A DNA stretch of 64,000 nucleotides from Octopus sinensis (Eukaryota). A model generated the notes under the pieces. The model saw only the letters and a list, made by a program, of their open reading frames with translations. It did no database searches and was not told the DNA's origin. Position 1 is the first letter of the stretch; the number at the start of each line of letters is the position of its first letter. Location of the stretch: the NCBI RefSeq assembly GCF_006345805.1, contig NC_043004.1, positions 76,880,001 through 76,944,000 of the forward strand, in the 5' to 3' direction. A program made the position numbers and the translations under genes. Of this stretch, positions 63,392-64,000 are shown piece by piece.

Positions 63392-64000
63392 ATAGCATTG
63401 TAGTTGCAGGTGGGCCCCCTTGGTTGTATGTATCATGCTATTATAGCTTTTGTTAAGCTATACATAAAACTAACTATAAACAAGCATGTCAAAGTATTGT
63501 TTATTCTGTGTCAATCATCTACAGTATCGAAGAGAGTACGATCAGTCATTTAAGTTTAGACCCCATTTAATGTCTAACTGGAAGTCTCTTCTCTGTGCAC
63601 CAGCTCAGTAACTAGTTTGCAGTGATGGACGTCCTTGTCTACAGTTCATCTTTTATGTTCTACATTATGGAGGTACAATGCTCAGTTAATATGGAAGGGC
63701 AGAAATGTGGTAACTTTAATGACTGCCAGATATGTATCGTCGTAAACTGCAATTGAAGTAAAAGTGTGCGCACTGGAGATAGCAATGACAGTGGTTGCAG
63801 ACTGCTGGACCAATTCTGGGTAGCTTAAATAAGATTCATCATCATCATTGTCATCGTCATCGTCATCATCATCATCATCATCGTCATCATCATCATCATC
63901 GTCATCACCATCACTATTTAACGTCTGTTTTCCAACGTCGCCTTACTACCAACATCGCCTTACTGGCACCTGTGCTGGTGGCATGTGTAAAAAGATTCAA

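Noticed and set aside
63560-63830. Repeat-free segment as an exon
   Set aside because: Stops in all frames examined; at most a very old LINE remnant on the minus strand.

Overview
Repeat-saturated, AT-rich eukaryotic DNA, most likely an octopus (inferred from tRNA-Arg-headed SINEs resembling the OR1/OR2 type, dense microsatellites and RTE LINEs). No rRNA, true tRNA gene or CRISPR array is supported, and most listed ORFs are artefacts of microsatellites or repeats. Retroelements: a near-complete RTE LINE (28056-31392) with many truncated copies, a decayed BovB-like RTE, R4/Dong-like and CR1-like fragments, a rearranged Gypsy LTR element, and several tRNA-derived SINE families. DNA elements: a mariner, a piggyBac relic, hAT/piggyBac/Mutator-type MITEs and two non-autonomous Helitrons. 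Host gene evidence is limited to two candidate plus-strand exons (56212-56290, 61529-61662) and a CpG-rich promoter-like block near 14.5-15.1 kb. The main observation is a tRNA-headed SINE whose tail carries a Penelope-type minimal hammerhead ribozyme. At all three loci it has an inverted copy of its tail at the 5' junction, which suggests mobilisation by Penelope-like machinery. Other minimal hammerheads occur in unrelated repeats, including a family with U at core position 6. All alignments and counts were done by eye, and repeat boundaries are approximate unless a TSD or TIR is quoted. Family labels A, B, D, E, F, G and I are my own.
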